DNA of 64,000 bases from the human T2T-CHM13v2.0 reference genome, Homo sapiens: the NCBI RefSeq assembly GCF_009914755.1, contig NC_060935.1; one strand, 5' to 3'. Below are positions 29,331 to 43,379 of the stretch, piece after piece. Position 1 is the stretch's first letter; each line of letters begins with the position of its first letter. The notes beneath the pieces are model-generated. The model was not told the origin of the DNA. It saw nothing but the letters and a program-made list of their open reading frames with translations, and ran no database searches. The position numbers were made by a program, and so were the translations under genes.

Positions 29331-31495
29331 AAGAGCAAAAATAAAATTTTAAACAAGAAAACAATAGAAATAGAATGAAATAGAGTAGACAGAAACAAAA
29401 AGCCAGTTCTTCAAAATAATCAATAAAATTGATAAAACTCTAGTAAGACTGACAAAGATAAAAAGACACAAATTACCAATATTAAGAATTAAACGGGGAT
29501 ATCACAAGATTCTATAATCATTAAAAAAGTGATAAAGGAACAGCATAAATGACCTTACACGTAGAAATTTGACAATTTAGAAGAAACTAACCAGTTTCTC
29601 AAAAAACGCAAATTACCAAAACTCAGCCAAGATAAAATAGATAACCTGAGTAGCCCTTTTGCTATTAAGAAAATTGAATATGTAATTTAAAAGCTCTAAA
29701 TAAACACATCTCTAGGCACAGCTAGTTCCATTGGAGAATTTTACCAAACATTAAAATAATTAACACAAACTTTACGTACTCTCTTCCAGAAAGCAAAAGA
29801 GAAGTGCACACTTTTAACCTTATTTTATGAAGCCATTATTACCTTGATATCAAAACCAAAGATGGCACACAAAAAATAAATCTATACACTAATATCCCTT
29901 GAACATAAATGCAAAAATTCTCAACAAAATTCTAGCAAATCAAATCCTGCAATGTATAAAAAGAATAATACACTACAACCAAATGAAATTTATTCAAGGT
30001 ATGCAATCCTGTTTCAATACTTGAAAATCAGTGTAATCCACCCTATCAACAATCTAGAGAAGAAAAATCATATGATTATATCATTTGATGTAAAAAAAGC
30101 AATTGACAAAATTCAACATCCATTTACAATAAAAACTTTTAGTATACTAGGAATGGAGGGAACTTCCTCAACCTCATAAAGAACATCCACAAAAAGTCTA
30201 CAGCTAACATCTTAGTCATGGTAGAAAGCTGAATATTTTTCCTTTCTTATTTCCACTTTCATCACTCTTATTCAACAAAGCACTGGAAGATCTAGCCATG
30301 GCAATAAGAAAAGGAAAAGAGATAAAAGGGATACAGATTGGAAAAAGTAAAGAAAACTGTCTCTATTTGCAAATGACATAATAGTCTATATGGAAAAGTA
30401 CAAGGCATCTACAAAAAAACAAAACCATGCATACACACACCCACACACACACAAAAGAAAACCCACAAAAATCGTAGAACTAATAAGTGCATTTAGTAAG
30501 GTCACGGGTTATAAGATTAACATGCAAAAATCATTGCATTTCTTCATACTGACAATGAACAAGTAGAAACCAAAATTAAAAATGCAGTACTATGTATAAT
30601 TGCTCCAAATAAAACAAAATACTTAGTTGTAGGTCTAACAAAACATGTACAGACTATGTGTGATAAAAATTACAAAATGTTGATGAAAAAATTAAAGACG
30701 TGAGTACTTGGAGGGACATATTGTGCTCATGAGTTACATGACTCAACATAGTAAAGATGGCACCTTTCCCTAAATTGATCTATAGATTTAATGAAATTCC
30801 TATCAAACTCTCAGCAATTTTTTCGTGGACATACACAAGCTCATATTCAAATATTTATGGAAATAGAAAGTCTGTAGAATAGCCAAAACAATTTTGAAAA
30901 AATGAATGAAGAGGGAGAAATCCCTTTTCCCAATGTTAAGTGGTTATCCACTTAACATAGATATCCAATGTTCTATGGCTAGTGTATTCTAGAAAGTGTG
31001 AAGTGATAGACACACAAATCAATGCAATGGAATAGGGAACCCAGAAATAGATCCACACAAATATGCCCAACAAATTTCTGAAAAAGGAGCAAAACCAACC
31101 AATGGAGAAGGGATAGTCTTTTAATAAAGAGTTCTAAAGCTATCCATAGATATAAAACACACCTCTGCCTAAACTACATGTTTTACATACAAATATTAAC
31201 TCAAAATGACTCATGGACCAAATTCTAGGAAAAAAGCATAAGAGAGTACCTTTGGGTTCCAAGGCCAAGCAAATAGTTCTTAGGCTTGACACCAAAAGCA
31301 TGATGCATAAAAGGAAAAAATAATGGGACTTTATCAAAGTTAAAAACTTTTGTATTACTAAAGACCGTATTAAGTATACAAAAAGACAAATATAGACTGG
31401 AAGAAAATATTTGCAAACTACATGCCTACAAAGAACTTGTATTCTAGAATACACAAATAACTATCAAAACTCAACATTAAAAAGCCAAACAATCA

Positions 31496-31797
31496 GGTCT
31501 GGGGCGGTGACTGATGCCAGTAATCCCAGCACTTTGGGATGCCGAGGCGGGTGGACCACCTGAGGTCAGGAGTTCGAGACCACCCTGGTCAACATGGTGA
31601 ACCACTGTCTCTACTAAAAATACAAAAATTAGCTGGGCATGGTGGCGGGCACCTGTAATCCCAGCTACTCAGGAGACTGAGGCAGGAGAATCACTTGAAC
31701 TCAGGAGGCGGAGGTTGCGGTGAGCTGAGATCATATCATTGCACTCCAGTCTGGGCAACAGTGTGAGACTCCGTCTAAAAAAAAAAAAAAAAAAAAA
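31496..31797 (+). mobile_element. AluS
   Basis: Complete dimer with poly-A. TSD aaaaagccaaacaatca / aaaaagcctaacaatca. Confidence 0.96.
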
Positions 31798-33069
31798 GCC
31801 TAACAATCAAATTAGAAAAGGGGCAAAAGATATGCACAGATATTTCATCAGAGAGCCTACACAGATGACAAATAAATGTGATGTTCAACATCATTAGCCG
31901 TTAGAGAAATGCAAATTAAAACTACAATGACAACATTACATACCTATCAAAATGGCTAAGATAAAAAAGAGTGACAGCATCACATACTGACAAAGATGTA
32001 GAGAAACTGGATCATGTATACATTGCTGATGGGAATGTAAAAGGTAGAGTCACTCTGGAAAATAACTGCATTTCCTTTAAAATGAAAAATGAACTTAATG
32101 TGTGACCCAACTATTGCACACTTAGGCATTTATCACAAAATATGATTTTCACACAGAAGCTTGTATGAGAATATTTATAGCAGCATTATTTGCAATAGCT
32201 CTTAACTAGAAACTACAAAAATGACTTTCAATGGTGGAATATTAAATAAGTGGTGGTACACTCATATCATGGTTTACTACTCAGCGATAAAAAAATGAAC
32301 TATTGATAATGCAACAACTTGAGTAAATCTCAAGGAAATTATGTTGAGATTAAAAAGTCATCGTCGGAAGGATACATGCTGCATGATTCCATTTATATAG
32401 CATTTATAAAATATCATAACTATAGAGATGTAGAACAGATTAGTGGTTGCCCAGGGATAAGGATAGAGGGGAGAGAGAGTAGCTAAAAAGGAGTAGCAAG
32501 AGGGAGGTTTGTGAGGATGGTACGGCTGAGTATGCATTTGTGCTGGTGGTTCCATGAAGCTGCACATGTGATAAAATTGCATAGGGCTATATAAAGATAC
32601 CACCATGTATGTATAATGCATACATATGAGCGCATGTATAAATGATGACATCTGAATATGCTCTCGGGATTGTGCCAATGTCAGTTTCCTAATTGTGATA
32701 TTGTACTGCAGTTATGAAAGATGTTTTCATGGGGAGACACTGGGTGAAGAAGCTAAGAATGTCGCTGAACAGTTTTTAGCAACTTCCTGTGACTATATTT
32801 GAAGTAAAATGATTTTTAAAGTTATATTGATAAATTATATTGATGATGATAAAATAGAATACCCTCATGACCTCTAGGTATTGAAGAATTTCTTAAACAA
32901 GATAAAAAAAGTAGTAGATATAAAGGACATGTCCTCAGTTTTAAACCCTACTCAACTCCCTACCCCAGTTATTATTATTTATCTTGAAATCTCATTTTGA
33001 AATTATTTTCTAGCTTGGCTTCAACAGCAGTATGTAAACACATCTAAATTTTCCTTCTATCTCTCTGAT

Positions 33070-33980
33070 TTATTTATTCCTTCATTAAATAAACTTACTG
33101 AGCACCTATTATGTGCCAGGAACTCTTTTAGGTGTGGGATATATAGTGGTGAACAGACTACTCACAACAGAGGAGCTTCCTGTCCTGTCAGGGCTCTGGT
33201 GTTGTACCAGCCGGTGGGTGAGTCGATAAAAAATGGATAAGCAAATAAGTCAAATAGAGTAGCATGTCAGTTGGTGATAGTGCTATGGAAAAAACTGATC
33301 GTGGGATGGGAGGAAGGATGCTAGGAAGGGATCAGGTACTGTACACAGTTTTAAAGAAGATGCTAGGGAAGTCCTCATGGACCAGGAGTCTGTTGAGCAA
33401 AGAATTGAAGGAGGTGAAGAGTATGCCATGATGCTCTCTGGGGGCTATGCTCGGAGAAGAGGGTGGAAGAAGAGGTAGATGTGACATGAATGGAGTGAAA
33501 GAAAGAGTAATAGGAGTGAGGTCAGAGTGGTCATGAGGCCAGATCCCTGTGAGAGCCTTGTAGACCATAGCAAGGACCTTCATTTTACTCTACATCAGTG
33601 GTGGAAATACGTGGTTCCCAAATAGCAATATCAGCACCCTCCAGGGAATGTGTGAGAAATGCAGGTTCCTAGGCCCTGCCCCATACCTACTGAATTAGAA
33701 ACTCTGGAAGTGGGGCCAGAGATCTGTTTTAACAAGACCTTTAGGTGATTCTGATCCACACTAAAGTTTTCAAACGCCACTCTAAATGTTGTGAAGGCCA
33801 CCTGAGAGCCCTGAGCAGAGGCATGAACTACCTTCTGGCTTCTGTGTTTAAAATACTTTGTAGAGGGGGGAAAGATGCAAGGAAGACCAGGTAGGAGGCT
33901 ACTGCAGTTGTCCATGGGGGAGATGATGGTGACTTGGCCCAGGCCCATAGTGGTGGAGATGGAGAGGGGGTTATAATCAG
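33070..33980 (-). mobile_element. L2 (3' part), split by MER5A
   Basis: 'tttattccttcattaaataaacttactgagcacctattatgtgccagg' is the reverse L2 3' end. 'ccttgtagaccatagcaaggaccttcattttactct' is also L2-like. Confidence 0.8.
33596..33780. mobile_element. MER5A hAT-Charlie MITE
   Basis: cagtggt...agaaatgcaggttcctaggccctgccccatacctactgaattagaaactctg...ggtgattctgatccacactaaagttt...ccac. The 8-bp TSD is approximately ctctacat / ctctaaat. Confidence 0.88.
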
Positions 33981-34010
33981 TGGTCTCCAAAGGCTTCTCT
34001 CTCTGTATAA

Positions 34011-34466
<456 letters not shown>

Positions 34467-36065
34467 ATAATTTTCTTTAGAGAGCCTGCCTATATGGTTT
34501 CACATGCAACTTTCAGAAAAAATGCTCAGATCCATGTATTAGCACTCTGCAGAGCTCTGTCTCCTGTATTCAGCTGCCTCCAGGATATTTTGTAGAGAAA
34601 TATCACCACACTTTCACTTACTGAGAATACTCTGCCTACTTCAGTATCCACAGTATATACTCTTATACTGATATATTCCTTTAAAAAATTAAATTTCCAT
34701 TTCTCTATTCTGTTATCCCTGACATGACTCATGAATTCCCTCACACTTAGGATCAGGTCAGTCTGACCCCAAAACCCATTTTTAAAAAACTTATTTTATC
34801 ATCTGTTTTCCCAAGAACCCAATGACAAACTTCAGTTTAGGATGATATGTCTGTCATTTAGAAAGGGTAAGGTGTGCCTTCCTAAGTTTATGTAGGCCTG
34901 GTTTCATGGAATCACTACAACCAATGACTGCAAGCCTCTAGCTGATTCACTTATAAATACTGACAGTGACAGGTGATGAGAATGAAATGAATGTTTAGAA
35001 GAATTACATGCATCTCTGTTTATTTGCTCTTTTTGAAATTAATCTTAGAGTGTTTACAACATATAATGCTAAACACATGTCACTTATTCTGAACTTAACA
35101 CAGTGCATGGAAATGTTTATAAGAATTAGAGGCACTTCAGAGTCTGTCACAGGGATAGACTATTGACACAATCTGTTTATGCCTTCTGAAACCTGTATTT
35201 AGTCACGGAAAACTCTGTGTTGCTCTTTTATGAGTTCAATCGCTGAAATCATTATTGTTGCATCTGAGAAGAATGAGGTTGTTAATTGTGTTTACAATAA
35301 AATATGTGAATAAATAAGAGAGGTTAATATTTTTTATAATTGTTAGGATTTGCTAGAACAGCATTCACTCCACTGGGTACAACTAGTAGATTCTATTTCT
35401 CTTGTCAAGTTTTATTGATTGTTAATGACTGCTTGGAGCTCTGTGAGAAGAATTCTGAGACCGAGTCTGGTTTCAGCAAAAAACAGCATCGTGTTTGGTA
35501 GGAACCATCCACCACCAGTACAGGTGAAAGAGGTGATGGCTCCAGAGACTCATATTGTCTAACTTTTCCACAGAAGCAAAAGAGAATCAGCTTTATCGGG
35601 ATATCCAGCAATCATTCAAAATTTCCGAAACCAGTTGTTTCTCTTGGCCCTCCGCTCTGAACATTCTCATTTTTCTCTACTTTGCATTTCTCTCATGACC
35701 CCTATGCCCTTCTAGATGCCATTCCATCTGGCATAAAATTCTCTGTTTGGCTCTTAGTATCCTTATGATCTCTCCGCACCCCTCCTACACATATTATAGC
35801 CCATAGCTCCTGTGTGCCTAGCCTTCATTCAGGTTAGCCTGGTTTCCTTGGAGTCCCATGTGGAAATATTGATAACTTTGTCTGTTAGCATTTGTTTAAA
35901 GCTACCATTTCAGTCTGAAATGTCCACCCCCTTCCTCTCTGTCAATTCCATTTCGATCTAACTTTTAAGAGGTGGTACATATCCTTTATAAACTATGGAG
36001 TCTTCCCTGAATTTCCAAATTTTTATTTCCTAGAGACCTTGGCTTAGCTTCAGAAGACAGAAACA

Positions 36066-36091
36066 GATAAGAACAGATACTACACTGGATC
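36066..36091 (-). pseudogene. U2 snRNA fragment (nt ~25-50) captured at an L1 5' junction
   Basis: The reverse complement GATCCAGTGTAGTATCTGTTCTTATC matches recalled U2 GATCAAGTGTAGTATCTGTTCTTATC at 25/26. Confidence 0.85.
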
Positions 36092-36936
36092 AAAAAGTGG
36101 GCGAAGGATATGAACAGACACTTCTCAAAAGAAGACATTTATGCAGCCAACAGACACATGAAAAAATGCTCATCATCATGGGCCATCAGAGAAATGCAAA
36201 TCAAAACTACAATGAGATATCATCTCACACCAGTTAGAATGGCGATCATTAAAAAGTCAGGGAACAACAGGTGCTGGGGAGGATGTGGGGAAATAGGAAC
36301 ACTTTTACACTGTTGGTGGGACTGTAAACTAGTTCAACCATTGTGGAAGTCAGTGTGACGATTCCTCAGGGATCTAGAAGTAGAAATAACATTTGACCCA
36401 GCCATCCCATTACTGGGTATATACCCAAAGGAATGTAAATCATGCTGCTATAAAGACACATGCACACATATGTTTATTGTGGCACTACTCACAATAGCAA
36501 AGACTTGGAACCAACCCAAATGTCCAACAGTGATAGACTGGATTAAGAAAATGTGGCACATATACACCATGGAATATATGCAGCCACAAAAAAGGTTGAG
36601 TTCATGTCCTTTGTAGGGACATGGATGAAGCTGGAAACCATCATTCTCAGCAAACTATCTCAAGGACAAAAAACCAAACACTGCGTGTTCTCACTCACAG
36701 GTGGGAATTGAACAATGAGAACACTTGGACACAGGAAGGGGAACATCACACACCGGGGCCTGTTGTGGGGTGGGGGGTGGGGGGAGGGATAGCATTAGGA
36801 GATCTACCTAATGTAAATGACGAGTTGATGGGTGCAGCACACTAACATGGCACATGTATACATATGTAACAAACCTGCACGTTGTGCACATGTACCCTAG
36901 AACTTAAAGTATAATAAAATATATATATATATAAAA
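36089..36936 (+). mobile_element. 5'-truncated L1PA (L1PA4/5-like)
   Basis: ORF2 C-terminus ([23 protein letters not shown]...[16 protein letters not shown]), primate 3' UTR and a (TA)n tail. 14-bp TSD agaagacagaaaca (36052-65 / 36937-50). Confidence 0.97.
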
Positions 36937-37999
36937 AGAAGACAGAAACAATGTTATCTTTCTTAAAGCAAAAAAATAGACAAAATATGGATAATTTGGT
37001 AATGTTGGAAAATTTCAAGGAGCATGTTCTAGGCTAGGCTTCTAGAAAGACTTGCAAAATACCGCAGAACTTATCTTTGGAAACTGCTCCGTCTGCCCAA
37101 TCAGAAACGTAAGGAATCGGGAAATACCCTAGAATACTTAGTTTTAGGGACATGCCATTTTAGGTAATGTTCAGGGATCAGGGTACTACTACCACTATAA
37201 CTTGTATTAAGAGCCATATCACTCTTGCAAGATCACACCTGAAGAAAAAACTGGATGACCTATGCCGAGTATGTTGGCATTCAAGAAGCTAATGAATGGA
37301 CTCAGGAACATTCTGCATAGACCCCAGGGCTCTTGGTCATGCTTGCCAGCAGAAAACAGTCAATGCCTGAAAGAAGGCCCTACCTCTGCCTTTCAGATCT
37401 TACATGAGTGGGTCGGCTTAGCTGAACCTAAATCTCAAAACCCTGATGAAGGAGCCTGAGAGATGTAATTTTTTAGTCTTTCTAACAACTGCAATACAGA
37501 AAGGCACACCAGAAAGTACAGGTAGTGGGTGTGGGTTCCTTTCTACCATTTTTGTCCTATCTATCACAACTTGCTATATTTGAAGGTTGCAAATCCACTC
37601 CTGCCATGTTCCTGTTTAAAACCACTCAGTCACCTACAGTGTGAAGCCCTAACTCCGTAGCACGGCATATAAGGATCTCTGCTCTGCAAATGGGACACAG
37701 ACATGTGTGGCACCAGCATCTTACAGCATAAATGTAAAATAGGGTTTATTAGGCAGGGGTAGCCAGGATAGTTTGTCTAGCTTCAGGGCACTAGAGTTTC
37801 CTCCTCTGTTGTTTTACAAAGCAATTAAAAATATGGCTTCCTGATAGTGTACTTTCTGAGATCTGAGTCTTCTGATCCCTCCCTCACTTTTATCTGAAGG
37901 TTCTCCCTCCTATGCTCCTATCATCCCTGTCCTGCCCATTATGGATAGGAAACACCCATAAGTTTCTCCTTTGTGTGATGTTTTGTTGGAGAAGTAAGG

Positions 38000-38305
38000 T
38001 TTTTTGTTTTGTTTTGTTTTTGAGACAGGGTCTTGTTCTGTCACTCAGGCTGGAGTGCAGTGGCACCGTCATAGCTCACTGCAGCTTCCACCTCCTGGAC
38101 TCCATGGATCTCTCTGCCTCAGCCCTCCCAAGCAGCTGCAATTGCAGGTGTAAGCCACCATGCCTGGCCAATTTTTGTATTTTTTTTGTAGACACTGAGT
38201 TTTGCTATGTTGCCCAGGCTGGTCTTGAACTCCTCAACTCCAGTGATCCTCCCACCTTGGCCTGACAAAGTGCCGAGATTACATATGTGACCACCATGCC
38301 TGGCC
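38000..38305 (-). mobile_element. AluJ
   Basis: Reverse Alu. TSD aagtaaggttt / aagtaagtttt. Confidence 0.93.
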
Positions 38306-39400
38306 ACAAGTAAGTTTTAATTGGTTAGCTCTAAAAAGGTTAGGGTCCCGAATGGGTCAGTACCATCTGTCATTAGCGTACCACTGTCCTCTTGCACTCA
38401 CCCACAAATTGGATCCTGCAGAATCCCTTCCCATTCATTGTTTGGCTGTTCTCAGATTGGGCCTCCATAGTTCCAGTGCATGCCTATTGGCATTTGGGGG
38501 GTCTCATGTTCTCGGGGCTATCAGAGCCAAGTTGCTTTCCCTCCCTTCCTCCAGCACAGGTGCATGGGTCTTACACCTGTTGGTGGTTTGGGCCTACATA
38601 TTTGAGTGTTCCTTAGGGCACCAGGATTTCTACTTCTAATGTAGATGTTTTCCGTGGTTCTTTGGTTTTGATATCCTAGTTGCAGGGTCATTTTTTAAAA
38701 TGGGAGAATTAAGAGAAGAATAAAAATTGTTCAATTTTTGTCACCACTTTATTTCAAAACTACTGAATAAATAGAAAATCACTTATGACTCTGAATTTGC
38801 CCCCGCTTTTGTTTGAAAAAAAAAATCTTGGTCAAGTTTTGCTGTCATGAAGAAGGATGAGTTTGCAGGGATTCCTTCAACAACTAGTCAGCACTGTCAC
38901 TAAGTTGGCATTTTTCACTTGTCTGGTTCCACTCAAACATTCCTAAGTTGGACCAAACACAGTCCCTGTCCATCCACTGCCCTTTTCCTAGGGGAAACAG
39001 ATGCCACTATCATTCTCTTAAAAAAAAAATTAGGTGCTTTCATTGTCGTTATTAAAGACAGTGCCTGTATGCTGTCATCAATCATGTAAATAAATTCTAA
39101 CATCCTTCATCTTTGCATCATTTTTTCAAGACTTAGGGTCTGGGGTAGGAGAGGGTAAGGCAACTTATTGGCTAAGTCTAGGGTTGTTCCTGTTATTTGC
39201 TTGCTAAGGAAATAGAGGGAAAAACTAGTATTTCAGTGTCAGTAATGCAGCAGGAATACTATATAACAGATATTCTTCCACAATAGAAAGAGGAGTTAGA
39301 TATTGGAAAGAGGAAGGGAAAAAACAAGTTTCTACCATAGTCTATCTCTTTAGCTGGCCAAAATTCATATACTCTTCCTTAAATCTTAAAACTTGTCAAA

Positions 39401-39470
39401 AGAAAAAAGGAAGGAAAGAAGGAAAGGAGGGACAGAGAGAGGGAGAGAGGGAGGGAGGAAGGGAAGGAAA
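39401..39470. repeat. Purine-rich (GGAA/GGGA) low-complexity tract
   Basis: aaaaaaaggaaggaaagaaggaaaggagggacagagagagggagagagggagggaggaagggaaggaaa. Confidence 0.85.
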
Positions 39471-40169
39471 TCTCTTAATAAAATACAACTATCTTTCATA
39501 CAATTGCAAATACACCCACTCTTTCACTGAAGGGAGAAGCCTAAGATCTTGCAGTTCTTGCTCCGGTTTCAGGTGCAGCATTTTTGATTATGCTGTTTTA
39601 GTGTTAGGCAAGCCATATTGTAGAAGTTCAACATCACCAATGCACATTACATTAAATCATGACAAAAAAGAGAAAGGAAGAGGAATTTATTATACCACAA
39701 GGAAATAAATACAGATGGAGACCATACCCATTTTTTCGATAGTTGGTTATGACACTGTAGTTAATTTTTATGACTTCCCTTCTCTATTACCCATTTCATG
39801 TTTCCTTTGACCTTAGGTAATGCCTCAACTCCTTGGGATTCTTTCTCGGATGAGGTGGTGCATATGACCCAAGCCTTCATTTCTGAGAGAACTGAGCCGT
39901 TGATCCTGCCTAGAGACATCCATGAACTTTTACCACTGCAAATGATGCCACTAGGAAGTGTCCCAGTAGCGTCCCTGAATTTATTCCTTTCTCTTCCTGG
40001 CTCTTCTTTTGCAGCAGCAGCCCTCTATTCCATCTATCACTACAAAATAATTTTTTGCATGTTCTCCCAAGAGTATGAGAAACCCAAAACATCCAGGAGG
40101 CCATTACAACTTCCAATTCAGTGGAATAAACTTTGTGTTTCCTCATGGAAACATACCTCCACTGAGAGG

Positions 40170-40385
40170 TAATATAGGATAGTAGTTAAGACCAGGGACA
40201 CTGATCTTAAACTGTGTTCAAATTCTGGCTATCCCATTCTCTGAACTCAGTTTCCTGATCTGAAAAACATGGACAATATAGTACTTTACTCATAGAGTTG
40301 TTATCATGACTAAATAGATTATTACATGTAAATCATATAGAACAGAGCCTGGCACCTAGTGTTTGCTAAATATTAACCATTATCA
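40170..40385 (+). mobile_element. MIR SINE
   Basis: 'gtagttaag...gttcaaattctggct...ctctgaactcagtttcctgatctgaaaaacatgg...ctcatagagttgttatc...agaacagagcctggcacctagt'. Confidence 0.8.
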
Positions 40386-41188
40386 CCAAGTGCTAAACGA
40401 GCAAAGCCCAGTTATAAGAACTATAAACAAACACAGTCAAAAGCTTCACTAGATATGGCTGTGAGCCTTGTACAACCCCTTGCCACTCCACTTCACATCT
40501 TTATTTTCAACCTGGGGAGTATATTAGTGGAAGAAATAGCACCATATATTTGTTGCTTATTCAAAGCATACAATTTGCCTTACACAATGTACTCTAATCT
40601 CACAAGATTGTCCTACAACTGGCTCTGATGTTTACAAAGAGTTCACATTTATGTTCTATAAGGCCATCTATTTCTGGATGATAGTCACATGATATGACCA
40701 ATGACTCCATGGATATGGGCTCATTGTTTTAATTCTCTTCTGTAAAGTGAAATATTTGATAAGAAACACGTTGTGAGGACTGTCAAAATGATGTATAACG
40801 CATTTATTTAGACCACAGATGATAGGTGACAAAATTATGTTAAGAAGAAAAGAAAATCTTAATCCAGAATATCTTTCTTTTCCAAGAAGTAAATCATTGT
40901 CCCTTCAGAATGGAAGGGTTCAATGTGTTCAACCTGTTACCAGGAAGCTAGCAGATTACCTTGAACTATGCACCATATCAGAGGCTAGGGTTGTTGGCTG
41001 TGGTTTCTACTGTTGATGAGAAAAAGTCCTTATTCTTAGTCCCCATTCCTATCACCTCTTGGTCACATGGTCCTGCTGTTCCATCTGCAAAACAGCACTA
41101 CGTATTATCTACTTATTCTGAACATACTCTATATTCTGAAGAATAGAATCAACACCAACTTAGCTTTGTTTATGAAAATATTCAGCAA

Positions 41189-41802
41189 TGTTTTAGTTTT
41201 ATATTACTGCCATAAGAAAATCATGACAAATTTGGTGTCTTAAACAACACAAATTTATTATCTCACAGTTTTGTAGGTCAGAAGTCTGATATGGGTCTCA
41301 TCTGAACAAAATCAAAGTGTTGGCAGGGCAGTGTTTCTTCTCAGAGGCTTTGGAGATAATCTGTTTCCTTGCTCTTTCAAGGTATTGATAGAATTCAGCT
41401 CCTTGAAGGGTGTGGGACTGAGCTCCCTGCTTCACCTGCTGGTTGTCAGCTGAGGGCTATTCTCAGCATCCAGAGGCCCCTGCATTCCTGAGCTCATAGC
41501 CCTCTTTCTGTCTCTTCAAAGCTAGTGCTCATAGGCTGAGGCTTTTTTTTTTTTTTCACTTTAAATCTCTCCTGCTTATTCTTGTGTGGCATCACTCTGA
41601 CTCTTCTGCCAGCAAACATTCTCCATTTTTAAGGACACATTTGATTAGACTGGGTTTCCACAATAATAAAGGATAACCTTCCCATCTCAAGATTCATAAG
41701 TTTAACCATGTTTGCAAAGTTCCTTTTGTCAAGTAACAGTGTATTTCCAGGATGCAGGGATTCAGGCATGGACAGCTATGGAGGGCTCTTCTATTTACCA
41801 CA
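41189..41802 (-). mobile_element. MLT1E-like MaLR solo LTR
   Basis: TG...CA ends with 5-bp TSD AGCAA (41184-88 / 41803-07). 'cttaaacaacacaaatttattatctcacagttttgtaggtcagaagtctg' is an MLT1 hallmark. Confidence 0.85.
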
Positions 41803-42940
41803 AGCAAGACTGCAGTGACTGGAGATGAAGTCTGACTAATGTTCACCTGATTCTCTACAATAGGAAAATTTTGATGATTTTTCACATGGGACACAATATT
41901 ATCATAGCAATCCTGACATTTTGCTCCTTCCAACTCCCTAACCATTTGACTAAATCATTAGCAATCACCTAAATCTTTGACTCTGTGCATCATTCTTTCC
42001 AGGCAAAGTGGAAAAAGAGAGATGCTGGTCAAAGGACAGTTAAGATATCTCTAAGCCATAAAAGTGTACATTTGTCCCATCAAGTAAAAGAAAATTGCTT
42101 CTGGTGTCCTCTGTTTGTTGGAAATTGAGGCGGGGAAAAGCATTTGTCAGATTAACAACTCTATGCTCAATATTAAGGGCTGTACTGATTTGTTCTAATA
42201 AGGAGACTAGAAAGGAAAAGCACCTGCAGTTAGAGTCATACATCATTAAACTCACAACAATCCACTGCCATTTTTCAAGGTATATCTATCCATGGCAGTG
42301 GCTAAAACACAGAAAAAATGGGCCAGTGAATTGGAATCATGACTCCTGTTTTTTTCTAAGTATTTGATGACAACACTGATTTCCATGATTCTCATAAGGA
42401 TATGGTTTTTATTTTGATTTATTTTGGTAGGAAACAGAAAGTGTGGAGACTCCCTCTTGTCTCTTTTCACCTCCCTCCCTTGCATTTTTTTCCTCCCTCC
42501 ATTGGTAAAGGAGACTGGGAGACAATTTTTCCCAGGTATATTTATTCCATTAATTAAGACATGGATTTTGAGTCCCATTGTTCTACCATCATTAAATGAC
42601 ATAGGTGAAAACTCCATTTGTCACCTGTCTAAAACAAATTCTAACAAATCTAACAAATTCATTCTGATTGTTAGATCACTGTGGTGTTCTGGGTACCTAG
42701 GCAGTAGCACCAGTTTAGACCTGATGTTCAACATACTTACAAGGTTTAGATAATTACCTTTCTCAGAGGGTAAATATCCACAGGGACCTTTGGAGAAGAA
42801 CAGGAGGAAGATTCTGAGTATGCACTTGGATATTTGTGCAGGATCTTTCCTCAAGTGTACCTGATCTTCCCTTCATTCAGGGGTTTCTGTGTCTTTGAAC
42901 TTGAGTCTGAACATTGAGTGAGGGGCCGCAGTCACTATAA

Positions 42941-43379
42941 CGTGGTGGCAGTTGAAGTCAGTTCTCTGCTTACGCACTTACATACATTCAGTAGGGCCTT
43001 AGGGATGGTAGAAAAAGTAATATTCACAAGTGGTCCTCCTGGTCCATCCATTTCCCTGCCCCCTTAGAGTTAAGTAGTGCCATGTGACCAGTTCTGCTCA
43101 ATTGGCTGTGAGCAGAAGTAACATGTGTTGCTTCTGGACTGAAGCCTGGAAGAGCAAGTATGAATTCCCCATGTGGTCTCTTTCCTTTCCATGGAAACTG
43201 TGAATTAGATCACAAGACTAAAGCAGACTAAGTCACTGCATGATCAAAAGCCCTAGAGAGTCACTCAGACCAGTGGCCAACTTTGTGTAAATGAGAAATA
43301 AACTTTTAAGTGCTAAGTCACTGAGAGTTTTGGGGCATTATATTAACACAATATAAACCAGTCTATCCAGACTAATTCA
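42941..43379 (+). mobile_element. MLT1 (H/I/J-like) LTR
   Basis: 'gccatgtgaccagttctg...gtgagcagaagtaacatgtgttgcttctggactgaagc...tgagaaataaactttt...taagtcactgaga...ctatccagactaattca'. Confidence 0.75.

Noticed and set aside
37020-37520. Possible old MaLR/ERVL LTR
   Set aside because: The text is LTR-like, but I could not define ends, a TSD or a family.
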